From assembly GCA_030690305.1 (NCBI GenBank), contig JAUYHB010000024.1:260-64259 (forward strand): a stretch of 64,000 nt of DNA, given 5' to 3'. This document shows, in pieces, positions 9,911 through 19,600 of this stretch. The notes beneath the pieces are model-generated. The model had not been told where the DNA came from and did no database searches. It saw only the letters and a program-made list of their open reading frames with translations. Origin of the DNA: a bacterium. Lineage in GTDB: Bacteria; Patescibacteriota; Minisyncoccia; Phycocordibacterales; JAGLPS01. The translations under genes and the position numbers were made by a program. Numbering within the stretch: position 1 is the stretch's first letter; each line of letters opens with the position of its first letter.

Positions 9911-10345
9911 CTAAAAGGCTCCTATTTCTCCCAATTTCTCGGCGAGAAGATCGGCCTGCTTCTCGATCCGTTTCTTGTATTCCGTCCATCGTTTCTCGTC
10001 CCAGATTTCTATCCTGTTGTGAACGCCAGCAAACACTACCTTGCCCGTCAGCTGAGCGAACTCTCTCAAGAAATCCGGAATGAGAATCCTGCCGATAGAA
10101 TCGACACCCGCCTCCACCGCACCGGCGAGCATGAAGCGATTGAAGCCTCTTGCGTCCGCCTGCCCCATCGCGAGTGCTCCGAGCTTTTCGGAAATTGTTT
10201 TCCACTCACCGATAGGATACAGAAAGAGACAATTATCGAGTCCGTGGGTGATAACGACCGTTTTGCCTACTTCCTTTCGAAATTTCGAAGGAAGGGAAAC
10301 GCGGCTCTTGTCATCAATCGTGTGTGTGTATTCTCCAATTAACAT
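9911..10345 (-). CDS. mraZ: Transcriptional regulator MraZ
   Basis: Duplicated AbrB-like repeats IDDKSRVSLP and VDSIGRILIP; first gene of the dcw cluster. Confidence 0.95.
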   Translation of the reverse strand: MLIGEYTHTIDDKSRVSLPSKFRKEVGKTVVITHGLDNCLFLYPIGEWKTISEKLGALAMGQADARGFNRFMLAGAVEAGVDSIGRILIPDFLREFAQLTGKVVFAGVHNRIEIWDEKRWTEYKKRIEKQADLLAEKLGEIGAF

Positions 10346-10348
10346 TTT

Positions 10349-10395
10349 TCCACTTTATCCCACGTGCCTACATTATATAACACACTCTCCCACCC
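10349..10395 (-). promoter_or_regulatory. MraZ-binding direct repeats overlapping the -10 box
   Basis: GTG(G) cores in exact 10-nt register (plus-strand cac at 10351, 10361, 10381, 10391; cat at 10371) around TATAAT, as known for MraZ autoregulation. Confidence 0.7.
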
Positions 10396-10512
10396 TACTA
10401 TGTTTCTTATCCACACAATTCACTAAGTTATTGATTAAATCTTCTTTATGTTGTATAATTAGGGTTAGGTAGAAATAAGGCTCTTTTTAAAGTCACAACA
10501 AGGAGGTTTTGT

Positions 10513-10719
10513 ATGAGGGGAAGAAACAGCGATTCACAAAATGTGTGCGCACGGTTTGAGGCCAACGCACGGACATTCGGAAGAGGAGCATGTTCCCGCT
10601 CTTCCCGAGCACATGAACCGGTTTATCTTAGGAAGGAGGAACGGCCCCACGGCCAGGAAATCGTCAAAATAGTCACAGGCAGTCCTGTGACAACCCTTTT
10701 TCAGACAGGAGGCAGATAA
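10513..10719 (+). CDS. Small hypothetical protein (cassette type)
   Basis: TTGATT-17-TATAAT, SD AAGGAGG, terminator near 10739-10771. Confidence 0.6.
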   Translation: MRGRNSDSQNVCARFEANARTFGRGACSRSSRAHEPVYLRKEERPHGQEIVKIVTGSPVTTLFQTGGR

Positions 10720-10850
10720 CCGTAGCAGAAATTTCAAAAGCCCAAGCGACACACGCTTGGGCTTTTCTTTTCAAATAAAATTAAATGTGGTATAATGATG
10801 TTCAGATAAAAAGACCTTTTTAAAACGATCCCTAACCTTAAGGAGGACAT

Positions 10851-11132
10851 ATGGAACGCCAAATCAGTCAGTGGGATTTTGTATCTCTCCGACAGTCCTT
10901 CAAAACAAGTGAAGGGATTGTTCCGGAAAATACAAAAGCGCGGGTGCTCGAATTGTACGGAAAGAAGCGGTGCAAGGTGTTGTTTTTTTCGTCACGTTTT
11001 TACAAAGACGTGGTCCCACAAGAGATTCTTGCATTCGAACATTCCCACGTAGAATTTACACGTCGGATGCTTTCGCTGGAAAGACCGCCTGTCCCAATGT
11101 TTCATAACATCCCCAACATCTGTTACGCCTGA
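10851..11132 (+). CDS. Small hypothetical protein (cassette type)
   Basis: TG-n-TATAAT at 10788-10796, SD AAGGAGG, terminator near 11143-11173. Confidence 0.65.
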   Translation: MERQISQWDFVSLRQSFKTSEGIVPENTKARVLELYGKKRCKVLFFSSRFYKDVVPQEILAFEHSHVEFTRRMLSLERPPVPMFHNIPNICYA

Positions 11133-11181
11133 ACAAAAACATAAAAAACGCCTCGTTTCTTGAGGCGTTTTTTCTTTTTAT

Positions 11182-12636
11182 TTAATCTTTCGGTCTCATT
11201 AGAGGAAAGATTTGAGATTCCCGAATGCTTTCACCCGACAAGAAACTGAAAAGTCTTTCTGAAAGACCGAAACCGAAAGTCGGCGGCATTCCATATTCCA
11301 TCGCCTCCACATATTCAAAATCGGCCATATGCGCCTCATTATCACCGGCGTCACGGAGTTTCTGCTGATTTTCGAAACGTTCCCGCTGGTCGATAGGGTC
11401 ATTCAGTTCATTAAACGCCTTTCCCACTTCGCTTCCGGCTAAAATAATTTGGAAACGGTCAACGACACTCGGGTCTTTAACGGATTTTTTCGCAAGAGGT
11501 TCAAGATATATCGGAAACCCGGTGAGAATAACAGGTCCTTTTATGGTCTTCCTGATTTTTTTCCAAAGAAGGTCAATGCCCCGCCCTATATCAATATTTT
11601 CTTCATATTTTATTTTTTCCTTATCCAGAAGACCGCACACAACTTTTCTATCGGCCTTTCTTGGATCAAAACCATATTGTTCCTGCATGAGCGCATTGAA
11701 ATCCTGCCAAATCCATTCATCTCCAAGGTCAATATCAAATTCGCCTATTTTGAATTTGAGCGTATTGAATGTTTCTTTTGCAACCTGCTTATACAGTTCA
11801 ATAACCATAGGAATGCCCTTGCGTGCGTCCTGGTATGCTTCGTAAAATTCAAAATGCGTATAATCTTGGGCATGTTCATACGACATTCCTTCGTTTCTAA
11901 ACACCCTCCCGATTTCAAATATTTTGGGAATACCGCCGATAATCAATTTTTTGTGCCACAACTCAGGCGAAATACGCAGATACACGTCTATATCCAGTGC
12001 GTTGTGGTGAGTAACAAAAGGTCGTGCCTCGGCACCTCCCGTTTTGGTTTCTAAAATAGGAGTTTCAACTTCGATAAAACCGCGTTTAAGCATAAAAGAA
12101 CGGACAGCGTTCCAAAATACCGAGCGTTTTTTTATGATTTCGGTCGTTTTCTGATTAAGTAAAATGTCGAGATATCGTTTTCGGTACCGCCCCTCTTCAT
12201 CTTTGATACCAAACCACTCATCAGGAATTTGATTTAAGCTCTTTGAAAGCAGTCTCCATGATTTTCCCGATAACGAATTGACTCCCCTCTTGGTGGTGAA
12301 CGCTCCTCCGGTAATTTCCACAAAATCGCCGGTATTGATGGTTTCTACAAATAACTTGAATTGTTCTTCGCCAATATCGTCTTTTTTTACCAATGCTTGC
12401 ACGCGGGCAGAACCGTCAAAGAGGTCAATAAAAATAATTCCCCCTTGGTCCCTAAACGACATAATGCGTCCGGCAAGAGTTACCTGTTCTTGCGAAGAAA
12501 AAAGCGTACTAAAAACTTCCAGAAAATTGGCATTTTCATGCGTCCGAAAAGATTCAGCGGGATGAGGGTCAATCCCGTGTTCTTTTAAAATTTCTATCTT
12601 TTTCAGCCTTTCGGACCGAGTTTCGTCAGTAGACAT
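11182..12636 (-). CDS. lysS: Lysine--tRNA ligase (class II)
   Basis: OB-fold, RYRKRYLD, EVETPIL, FRNEG and GMPPTFGFGL motifs; likely start MSTDETR follows TATAAT. Confidence 0.95.
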   Translation of the reverse strand: MSTDETRSERLKKIEILKEHGIDPHPAESFRTHENANFLEVFSTLFSSQEQVTLAGRIMSFRDQGGIIFIDLFDGSARVQALVKKDDIGEEQFKLFVETINTGDFVEITGGAFTTKRGVNSLSGKSWRLLSKSLNQIPDEWFGIKDEEGRYRKRYLDILLNQKTTEIIKKRSVFWNAVRSFMLKRGFIEVETPILETKTGGAEARPFVTHHNALDIDVYLRISPELWHKKLIIGGIPKIFEIGRVFRNEGMSYEHAQDYTHFEFYEAYQDARKGIPMVIELYKQVAKETFNTLKFKIGEFDIDLGDEWIWQDFNALMQEQYGFDPRKADRKVVCGLLDKEKIKYEENIDIGRGIDLLWKKIRKTIKGPVILTGFPIYLEPLAKKSVKDPSVVDRFQIILAGSEVGKAFNELNDPIDQRERFENQQKLRDAGDNEAHMADFEYVEAMEYGMPPTFGFGLSERLFSFLSGESIRESQIFPLMRPKD

Positions 12637-12684
12637 GGGCTCTATTATATCAATTTTTCTTTTTTTCTTCCCGCTTTCCCCAGG

Positions 12685-12847
12685 CCGTTTGAGTAAGAAC
12701 TCACTTTCCAAAAATCTTACGGGACCTCTCCCCCCAGTTGGAGCGAGCAACCCCTTTTTCAGAGACTAGCGAGTGCGACGGCACGAGCTCGAGGAATTTT
12801 CTAGTAAGAAAATATCCGTGCTCTGAAGAAGGGATTGTGAACGATTT
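12685..12847 (+). repeat. Composite structured repeat: partial family-A 5' end (12685-12723) plus family-B copy (12737-12847)
   Basis: First part matches 36761-36799; second part matches the reverse complement of 58018-58129. Confidence 0.85.
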
Positions 12848-13315
12848 TTATTTGATTTTCAGAATTTTGTATCGAACGGCGCCTTCGGGAGTTTCAAAGG
12901 AAAAAGTTTCTCCTTTCTTTTTTCCTATAATCGCTTTGCCGAACGGAGATTTCATGGATATTTTCGCGGCGGAAATGTCTGCTTCTTCCGAGCCGACAAT
13001 TGTATACACAAGTTCCCCCTTTCCCCCTTCGCGGGAAACCGTCACAACAGAGCCTACCGAAACTACGTCACCGTGGGCGCCTGAAACAATGTGCGCGGTT
13101 TTAATGAGAGACTCAAGCCGCGTGATTCGATTCTCGGTGTTTGCCTGCATTTCACGCGCTTCATGGTACTCGGCGTTTTCAGACAGGTCTCCGAGAGATT
13201 TTGCGTATTCAAGACTTTCGGCTATTTCTTTGCGTCTGGTCTTTTTGAGGTATTCAAGTTCTTTCTTGAATTCGTCATATTTCTCCTGCGTAAGATATTC
13301 TTTTTCTTCTTTCAT
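12848..13315 (-). CDS. greA: Transcription elongation factor GreA
   Basis: GDLSENAEYHEA and ISMKSPFGKA motifs. Confidence 0.95.
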   Translation of the reverse strand: MKEEKEYLTQEKYDEFKKELEYLKKTRRKEIAESLEYAKSLGDLSENAEYHEAREMQANTENRITRLESLIKTAHIVSGAHGDVVSVGSVVTVSREGGKGELVYTIVGSEEADISAAKISMKSPFGKAIIGKKKGETFSFETPEGAVRYKILKIK

Positions 13316-13355
13316 ATTTGTTGGAAATTCATTCTATCGTGCAACAGGGTCAAAG

Positions 13356-15068
13356 TCAATTTGCGGGTTTTGCCTCAAAATATTCTGGTGTATGCGCGTT
13401 CATCCAGTCAAGAAGCTGGCGCATAACATAGGCTCCTCCAATAAGGTTCGTAACAGGCCCGCGCTCCATAACAACCGCAAAAGCGTATCGGGGAACGTCA
13501 AACGGAAAGAAACCGACAATCCACGAGTTCACATATTGCTTTGCCACGCCGAGTTCGGCGGTTCCCGTTTTTGCGGCAACTTTGACAAACGGGACGGAGA
13601 GGCCCTGGGCCGTTCCTTCCGTCACAGCCATTCGCATTCCCTCTTTGACAATAGTGAAATATTCGGAGGGGATATTAAGCGAGGTGGATTCTATTTTTCC
13701 TTCCGACACTATTTTGGGCCGTAAGAGCATTCCTTCGTTCGCAATCGCGGCAATCGCCCGAACAATCTGGATGGGCGTTACCTGAACACTGTATTGGCCG
13801 ATAGCCGTGTTATACGTATCCCCGACTCTCCACGCCTCTCCGTTAAAAGTTTCCTCCTTCCATTGCGGTGTCGGAATCAGTCCCGTTTCTTCATGTGGAA
13901 GGTCAATGCCCGTTTCCTCTCCGAAACCGAATTTTTTCATATACTCGTCGATTCTCTGTATGCCGAGGCCTTGCTGGTCTTCAAACCCCCCTCCGATTTC
14001 GTAAAAATATACGTCCGAAGAAACCGCGAGCGCGTGTCTCATGTCAACCCAGCCATGCGCTTTCCAGTCTTTAAAAACCGAACTTTGTCCCGGTGCGTAC
14101 GGGTTTGGAATGGAAATCGAACCGGTGGAAAGAATTTGTTTTTCCGGAGAAATGATTTGTTCGTTAAGAGCGGCAAGGGCAAGAAACGGTTTTACAATCG
14201 AGCCCGGAGTGTACAGCCCCGCAACGGCACGATTGAGAAAAGGTGTGTATGGATTGTTTACATAGTTTCTAATCTGTTCCGAATCGCCTCCGGTTAAGAC
14301 CGCCGAGCTGTATTCCGGGTAACTTGCAAGTGCAAGCATTTCTCCCGTCTGCACATCCATGATGAGGCCCGAGCCCGCTCGGAAACCGACATTGCCCGCC
14401 GTCTCCCTGATAATTTCATACAGCTTGCTTTGTATTGCCGAATCAACCGACAAAGAAAGGCTTCTTCCGCGCACAGGGGGCTCGATGACACTTTCGGACT
14501 GAACCGCGCCAAGAGCGTCGGTTTCGGTAATTTTCAAGCCGTTTGCTCCTCCAAGTAAAACATCATAGGCTCGTTCGACACCCTCCCGCCCATCGAATGT
14601 TTCCTGATAGTAAAAACCGTCGCTGTCTTTTGACGGATATTTAAGGTAGCCGAGAAGATGAGAAAGTCCGGGGAGAGACGTGTATTCGCGTAAAGAAAAA
14701 TCAGGGTTGTTCGGATGGATGCTGTTCCACGCCAATTCCACCTTGTTCCGGTCATAGACAACTCCCCGCTCGGAAAAGATAAGCGTGTGCCGTAGACGGT
14801 TGTTTTCGCTCTTTTGCGCATACGTTTTTCCCTCAACAATTTGCAAAGAAAATAACCGGAATACGAATACCAATCCGACAAAAAGAAAGAATACGCCGAG
14901 ATAGAGCGGCACTGATGAAGAAATCGGTTTCTCCAGTCTCCCTTCAAACTGGTTTCGGTCAAACTTCGGCAGGTTGCTTGAGTCAAGAAAAATATCTTCC
15001 GGGGCGATGTCCGCATATCTGTCACGCGGCCGCAACGGCAATTTTAGAAAATTCCGCAATCTTTTCAT
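13356..15068 (-). CDS. mrdA: Penicillin-binding protein 2
   Basis: SIVK, SSD and KTGTAE motifs; downstream of mreBC. Confidence 0.85.
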   Translation of the reverse strand: MKRLRNFLKLPLRPRDRYADIAPEDIFLDSSNLPKFDRNQFEGRLEKPISSSVPLYLGVFFLFVGLVFVFRLFSLQIVEGKTYAQKSENNRLRHTLIFSERGVVYDRNKVELAWNSIHPNNPDFSLREYTSLPGLSHLLGYLKYPSKDSDGFYYQETFDGREGVERAYDVLLGGANGLKITETDALGAVQSESVIEPPVRGRSLSLSVDSAIQSKLYEIIRETAGNVGFRAGSGLIMDVQTGEMLALASYPEYSSAVLTGGDSEQIRNYVNNPYTPFLNRAVAGLYTPGSIVKPFLALAALNEQIISPEKQILSTGSISIPNPYAPGQSSVFKDWKAHGWVDMRHALAVSSDVYFYEIGGGFEDQQGLGIQRIDEYMKKFGFGEETGIDLPHEETGLIPTPQWKEETFNGEAWRVGDTYNTAIGQYSVQVTPIQIVRAIAAIANEGMLLRPKIVSEGKIESTSLNIPSEYFTIVKEGMRMAVTEGTAQGLSVPFVKVAAKTGTAELGVAKQYVNSWIVGFFPFDVPRYAFAVVMERGPVTNLIGGAYVMRQLLDWMNAHTPEYFEAKPAN

Positions 15069-15089
15069 GTTTTTTCATTATACACTCCC

Positions 15090-15350
15090 CTATACCCGCA
15101 CATATTTCTTGGCAAAAAACGAAAGCATGAGGAGGGCGTACGCAAGCAGTATCCCGAAGGGAAAACGGGGAAAAAAGAAAAAAGGAACCGCGTGCAAAGC
15201 ATCAAAAACAAAACCGAATAAAATAATTTCGTAATAGGAAGAAAAACGGACAAGCGCCGAAAGAGCAAGAAGAAGCGTTACCCACCACGGAAAAAGCAGA
15301 GATGAAAAAAGAATGATGAAAACAAAAATTCTAAAAACAATGTTACTCAT
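15090..15350 (-). CDS. Small membrane protein in the MreD position
   Basis: Very hydrophobic 86 aa between mreC and mrdA. Confidence 0.6.
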   Translation of the reverse strand: MSNIVFRIFVFIILFSSLLFPWWVTLLLALSALVRFSSYYEIILFGFVFDALHAVPFFFFPRFPFGILLAYALLMLSFFAKKYVRV

Positions 15351-16146
15351 GGTGTAAAGGTGGAAATATCATTACGCGCTGGAGATTGTTCATATTGACC
15401 GGACCCTTGAGGTATACGGCTTGAAAGGAAGATGCGGGATCCGAGTCGATATGCCCGACTTCGGCAACAATCAAATTATCAAGGGAAGAAATTTCAAGAA
15501 TATCTCCCTTTACGATATCGAACGCCTTTGGCAATAAAGCGACAAAATTTCCATTTCCCCTGCCTTCCAGACGGACGGCCTCACCCGTGCGGGCGACAAA
15601 TGTTTGCGTCGTTTCTCCAGGGGAAGACGCGAGCAACACATGAGACGTAAGAACGTCCACGCCGATAATTTTCCCGAGATATGCCCCGAGGTACGCAACA
15701 CTCGCATCTTTTTCAACGTTGTTTTTTGTTCCGGCGTCAACAATGAGCGTATCAAAAGGCGTATACGGCGGACGTGACAATACGGCGACAAGCATACCTT
15801 CGGCGGAAGGGGTTCTTCCCAAGAGTTCCCGTAAGCGCACATTTTCAAAACGGAGAACCTCATTCGCCATGCGGTCGAATTTCAGACTTTCGATTTGTTC
15901 TTTAAGGAGTCTATTTTCTTCCTCAAGTTTCACCCGCGGAACAAAAAACGCGGAAAGAAAATCCGTGCCTTCCAGAAGCGCGCCGTGCGCGATAAAAAGA
16001 GGCCGAAAACTTGTTTTAAAAATATTTGAGAAAAAGGGATGTGCAATAAGAAAAAGGGAGAAAAACAATACAGCCACGCTTGAGGCAATGAGCGCCCGCC
16101 TTTTTAAGGGCGATGGGTTTCTTCTATTCTTGAGGAGGTAGTTCAT
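15343..16146 (-). CDS. mreC: Rod shape-determining protein MreC
   Basis: TM helix, coiled coil ENVRLRELL, DTLIVDAG beta domain; follows mreB. Confidence 0.85.
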   Translation of the reverse strand: MNYLLKNRRNPSPLKRRALIASSVAVLFFSLFLIAHPFFSNIFKTSFRPLFIAHGALLEGTDFLSAFFVPRVKLEEENRLLKEQIESLKFDRMANEVLRFENVRLRELLGRTPSAEGMLVAVLSRPPYTPFDTLIVDAGTKNNVEKDASVAYLGAYLGKIIGVDVLTSHVLLASSPGETTQTFVARTGEAVRLEGRGNGNFVALLPKAFDIVKGDILEISSLDNLIVAEVGHIDSDPASSFQAVYLKGPVNMNNLQRVMIFPPLHHE

Positions 16147-17188
16147 CTTCGTTAACAATAAGAACATCCTCGTATTCTTTTAAATTTTCCAAAACAATAC
16201 CGGTACCGCGCGCGACAGCCGTGAGCGGGTCATCCGCAATGTGCACGGGAATTTTTACGTATTCCTGAATCATATCTCCCAGACCCCGTAACAATGCCCC
16301 TCCGCCGACAAGATGGATTCCGCGATGCATGATGTCTCCGAGAAGTTCGGGAGGAGTGGTTTCCAGCACTTCTTTCGTCGCCTCAATCAACGTGTCGATG
16401 GACGAAGAAACGGCTTCCCGAATATCCGAGTCAGTGATAATAACCTCACGCGGAAGCCCCGTAATGAGGTCACGGCCCTTTATTGTGGACTCTAGCGGCA
16501 TATGTTCGGGAATCATGGTACCGATGGCTATTTTTACGTCTTCAGCGGTTTTCTCTCCGACAAGAATTTTAAATTCGTTTCGGATGTAAGAAATGATGTC
16601 GTTGTTAAGACGTTCACCGGCAATACGCAAATTTTTTGATTGAACCACTCCACCCAAAGAAATGACGGCGATGTCGGTCGTTCCGCCCCCGATGTCAATA
16701 ATCATATTCCCTATCGCGTCGTGAACGGGCAGACGAATTCCGATAGCGGCAGCCATTGGTTCTTCGACAATATATACTTCTCTTGCTCCCGCGTTTTTTG
16801 TCGCATCGCGAACGGCACGGGTTTCAACATTCGTAATACCGGAAGGAACGCCGACAACCACCCGCGGACCGAGAAGTTTCCTTGAACTTTCTTGAGCTTT
16901 GTTGAGAAGATAGGCAATCATCTCTTCGGTAACTTCAAAGTCCGAGATAACACCGTCAACGACGGGCTTGACCGGAATGATGTGAGGGGGCGTTCGTCCA
17001 AGCATTTGTTTTGCTTGCGCCCCGACCGCAACCACCTGCCCCGTTTTGTGGTTTACCGCAACAACGGAAGGTTCATTGATAACGATTCCCCGCCCGTGAA
17101 CATAGACAAGGGTATTGGCGGTACCTAAATCGATACCGATATCGTTTGAAAACAAGGTATACAGTTTTTCCAACTTTTTGTTAAACAC
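16124..17188 (-). CDS. mreB: Rod shape-determining protein MreB
   Basis: IGIDLGTANT, EPSVVA, DIGGGTTD and GGGALL motifs. Confidence 0.95.
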   Translation of the reverse strand: MFNKKLEKLYTLFSNDIGIDLGTANTLVYVHGRGIVINEPSVVAVNHKTGQVVAVGAQAKQMLGRTPPHIIPVKPVVDGVISDFEVTEEMIAYLLNKAQESSRKLLGPRVVVGVPSGITNVETRAVRDATKNAGAREVYIVEEPMAAAIGIRLPVHDAIGNMIIDIGGGTTDIAVISLGGVVQSKNLRIAGERLNNDIISYIRNEFKILVGEKTAEDVKIAIGTMIPEHMPLESTIKGRDLITGLPREVIITDSDIREAVSSSIDTLIEATKEVLETTPPELLGDIMHRGIHLVGGGALLRGLGDMIQEYVKIPVHIADDPLTAVARGTGIVLENLKEYEDVLIVNEDELPPQE

Positions 17189-17211
17189 GGGGCGTATTGT
17201 TAAAGAGGGGC

Positions 17212-18474
17212 TTAAGACCGAAACTGACTTAGATATTGTGAGGACAGAGAGCTGTTGTCAATAGAGATTATTTTTCCGTCTTTACGTGACTTTACTTCGA
17301 TTTTTCCTTCCGCAACGGTCTTTTCGCTTATTACAAAACGGTACGGGATACCAATAAGGTCGGCATCGGCGAGTTTTTCTCCCGGGGAAGCGTCACGTTC
17401 GTCATAGAGCACTTCAATACCCGCGTTTCTTAATACGTTGAAGGTTTTGTCCGCGGCATCCGTCACGTCTTTCTTTTCGCCAAGACGGAGAAGGTGCACT
17501 TGAAACGGAGCAATGGAAGAAGGCCACACCATTCCCTTTCCGTCAGCCATTACTTCAACAATCACTCCCATAAGCCTTCCCGGTCCGATACCGTAACTGC
17601 CCATAATGACAGGCTGCTTCTCCCCTTTGTCGTTTACAAACGTAAGCCCAAACGCGTCCGAAAAACGGGTACCAAGACTAAAAATATTTCCCACCTCAAC
17701 CGTCTTTTTTTCAACTAAATCTTTTCGGGAAATTTTTAGGTCGGCAAGCACTTCATCCGTTAATACTTCCTTATTTATGGCAAGTTTTCTTTTTTCGTCC
17801 ACATAGATAAGGTCTTCTCCCGCCGCGGTTTCCGTTTGAAATTCATGGGAATATTTTGAGAACGTTCCGCCGGAAGCGAACGTTAAATGTGTCTTGTCCC
17901 CTATACCGAGACGGGCAAAGACCGTTTTATAGGCTTCTTTGGCCTTTTCATAAAACGCCTCGTGTTCTCCTTGGGTGCGGGAAAACGAGTATAAGTCTTT
18001 CATAATGAATTCCCGCAGCCGCATAATACCGCTTTTCGCCCGCGTTTCGTTCCTGAATTTTGTCTGGAATTGATACACGGCGCACGGAAGGTCGCGGTAC
18101 GAACGCACGTATTCGGTCATAATTTTTGTCAGCGGTTCCTCGTGAGTGAACGCAAGACCAACCTCCGTATCGTTTTTAAATTTTGTTTTAAACCAATTGT
18201 CGACTGCTCTGTCGTCCCATCGGTTTGTTTTTTCCCATACCGCTTTGTCTTGAAGGGCTGTCAAAAAAACTTCTTGCCCGCCAATGTGATTCATTTCCTC
18301 GCGGATAATGTTTGTTATTTTATTGAGAACGCGCAAACCTAAAGGCAGATACGAATACGCTCCGGCCATTTCTTTGTGTATGAATCCGGCCTGTATAAGA
18401 AGGAGGGCGTTTTTGGAAACTTCGTCTTTGGGAGTCTCTTTTCTCGTCTTTGTAAAAAGTTGGGATTGAAGCAT
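17212..18474 (-). CDS. proS: Proline--tRNA ligase, short form without editing domain
   Basis: FTHEE, QTKFRNETR, REFIMKDLYSF, GSYGIG motifs plus anticodon domain. Confidence 0.92.
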   Translation of the reverse strand: MLQSQLFTKTRKETPKDEVSKNALLLIQAGFIHKEMAGAYSYLPLGLRVLNKITNIIREEMNHIGGQEVFLTALQDKAVWEKTNRWDDRAVDNWFKTKFKNDTEVGLAFTHEEPLTKIMTEYVRSYRDLPCAVYQFQTKFRNETRAKSGIMRLREFIMKDLYSFSRTQGEHEAFYEKAKEAYKTVFARLGIGDKTHLTFASGGTFSKYSHEFQTETAAGEDLIYVDEKRKLAINKEVLTDEVLADLKISRKDLVEKKTVEVGNIFSLGTRFSDAFGLTFVNDKGEKQPVIMGSYGIGPGRLMGVIVEVMADGKGMVWPSSIAPFQVHLLRLGEKKDVTDAADKTFNVLRNAGIEVLYDERDASPGEKLADADLIGIPYRFVISEKTVAEGKIEVKSRKDGKIISIDNSSLSSQYLSQFRS

Positions 18475-18518
18475 TGACTTCAATACTACAAGAAAAAAGG
18501 GCTTCAATCAAACGGATA

Positions 18519-19598
18519 TTAGAAAAGGCGCACGATGTCGTAAAACGTCACAATAAGCATAAGGAGGATAAGAAGCACAAAACCCGCTCCGTGAGCCGCG
18601 CGGACGAAAGACATTTTCAAAGGTGAACCCGTGACAGTTTCTATGAAAAGAAAGAGAAGGCGCCCACCGTCAAGCGCCGGAAAAGGAAGAAGGTTGATGA
18701 CTCCAAGATTGATGGAAAGAAGCGCCATAAAGGAAAGAATGTGCATTAGACCAAGTCGTGACACATCACCAACTATGGAAGCGATGCCCACTGGTCCGCT
18801 TACTTGAGAAAAATCGCCCTGCCCTTTGAAAATATTTCCGAAAAATTCGGTAAGCCCGACAAACGTTGCCTGCGAAAGTTCGAGTGTTGTTTTACCTCCT
18901 TCAAAAAGGGCTTGCAAGGCCGGCAGTCTCATCGTTCCCACAATATCCATGGAAATCCCAATCGCCTTTTTTTGCGGGATAACTCCTTCACGCGGAGATA
19001 CGACAACGGTTTGTGTTTCTCCGTTTCGTTTATACAGAATCGTCACTTCTCCCTCGGAAGAAGAAATAAAGTCTGAAACTTTTTGAGGTGTTACTTCTTG
19101 AAGAGCGCCTGATTCATTTTCAAGAAACAAAATGACATCCCCTGCCGCGAGACCGGCTTTTGATGCGGGAGAATCCGCGACAACATACGTCACCATAAGA
19201 CGTGGGTCTGTCGCCGCCGCATTGTATGAAATTGGCACTTCAAGGCCGGACATAAACGTAATGGAGAGTAAAAGCCAGGCGGAAATAAAATTAAAGGCGA
19301 CACCTGCCAAAATAACCGACATTTGTATCCATTTCGGTTTAAATATGAAACTGCGTTTTTTCTCTCCGTCCAAAGGAATGTCTGTCGGGTCTTCCCCGAA
19401 AATTTTCACAAATCCTCCGAACGGAAGAAGATTGAGCGTGTATTCCGTCTCTCCCTTTTTAAAACCAAATAGTTTCGGCGGAAAACCGAAGCCGAATTCA
19501 TCCACGCGGATTTTGGCCGCTTTGGCGGTAATAAAATGCCCGAACTCATGAACGAGAACGAGAGAGCCCAAAATAAAAATAAACAGAAGAACGGACAT
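18519..19598 (-). CDS. rseP: Site-2 intramembrane metalloprotease RseP
   Basis: HEFGH, PDZ domain, NLLPFPALDGG. Confidence 0.92.
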   Translation of the reverse strand: MSVLLFIFILGSLVLVHEFGHFITAKAAKIRVDEFGFGFPPKLFGFKKGETEYTLNLLPFGGFVKIFGEDPTDIPLDGEKKRSFIFKPKWIQMSVILAGVAFNFISAWLLLSITFMSGLEVPISYNAAATDPRLMVTYVVADSPASKAGLAAGDVILFLENESGALQEVTPQKVSDFISSSEGEVTILYKRNGETQTVVVSPREGVIPQKKAIGISMDIVGTMRLPALQALFEGGKTTLELSQATFVGLTEFFGNIFKGQGDFSQVSGPVGIASIVGDVSRLGLMHILSFMALLSINLGVINLLPFPALDGGRLLFLFIETVTGSPLKMSFVRAAHGAGFVLLILLMLIVTFYDIVRLF

Positions 19599-19600
19599 GC

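Noticed and set aside
11560-12260. Apparently AT-richer interior of lysS (and 3' half of hisS) suggesting mosaic genes
   Set aside because: Only a visual impression; cannot be supported without computed composition or phylogeny.
12637-12750. N-terminal extension of LysS in the ORF track
   Set aside because: Runs through the repeat element and promoter; the ATG at 12636 follows a TATAAT box.
12738-13724. 328-aa plus-strand ORF
   Set aside because: Shadow frame antisense to greA and mrdA, starting inside a repeat.
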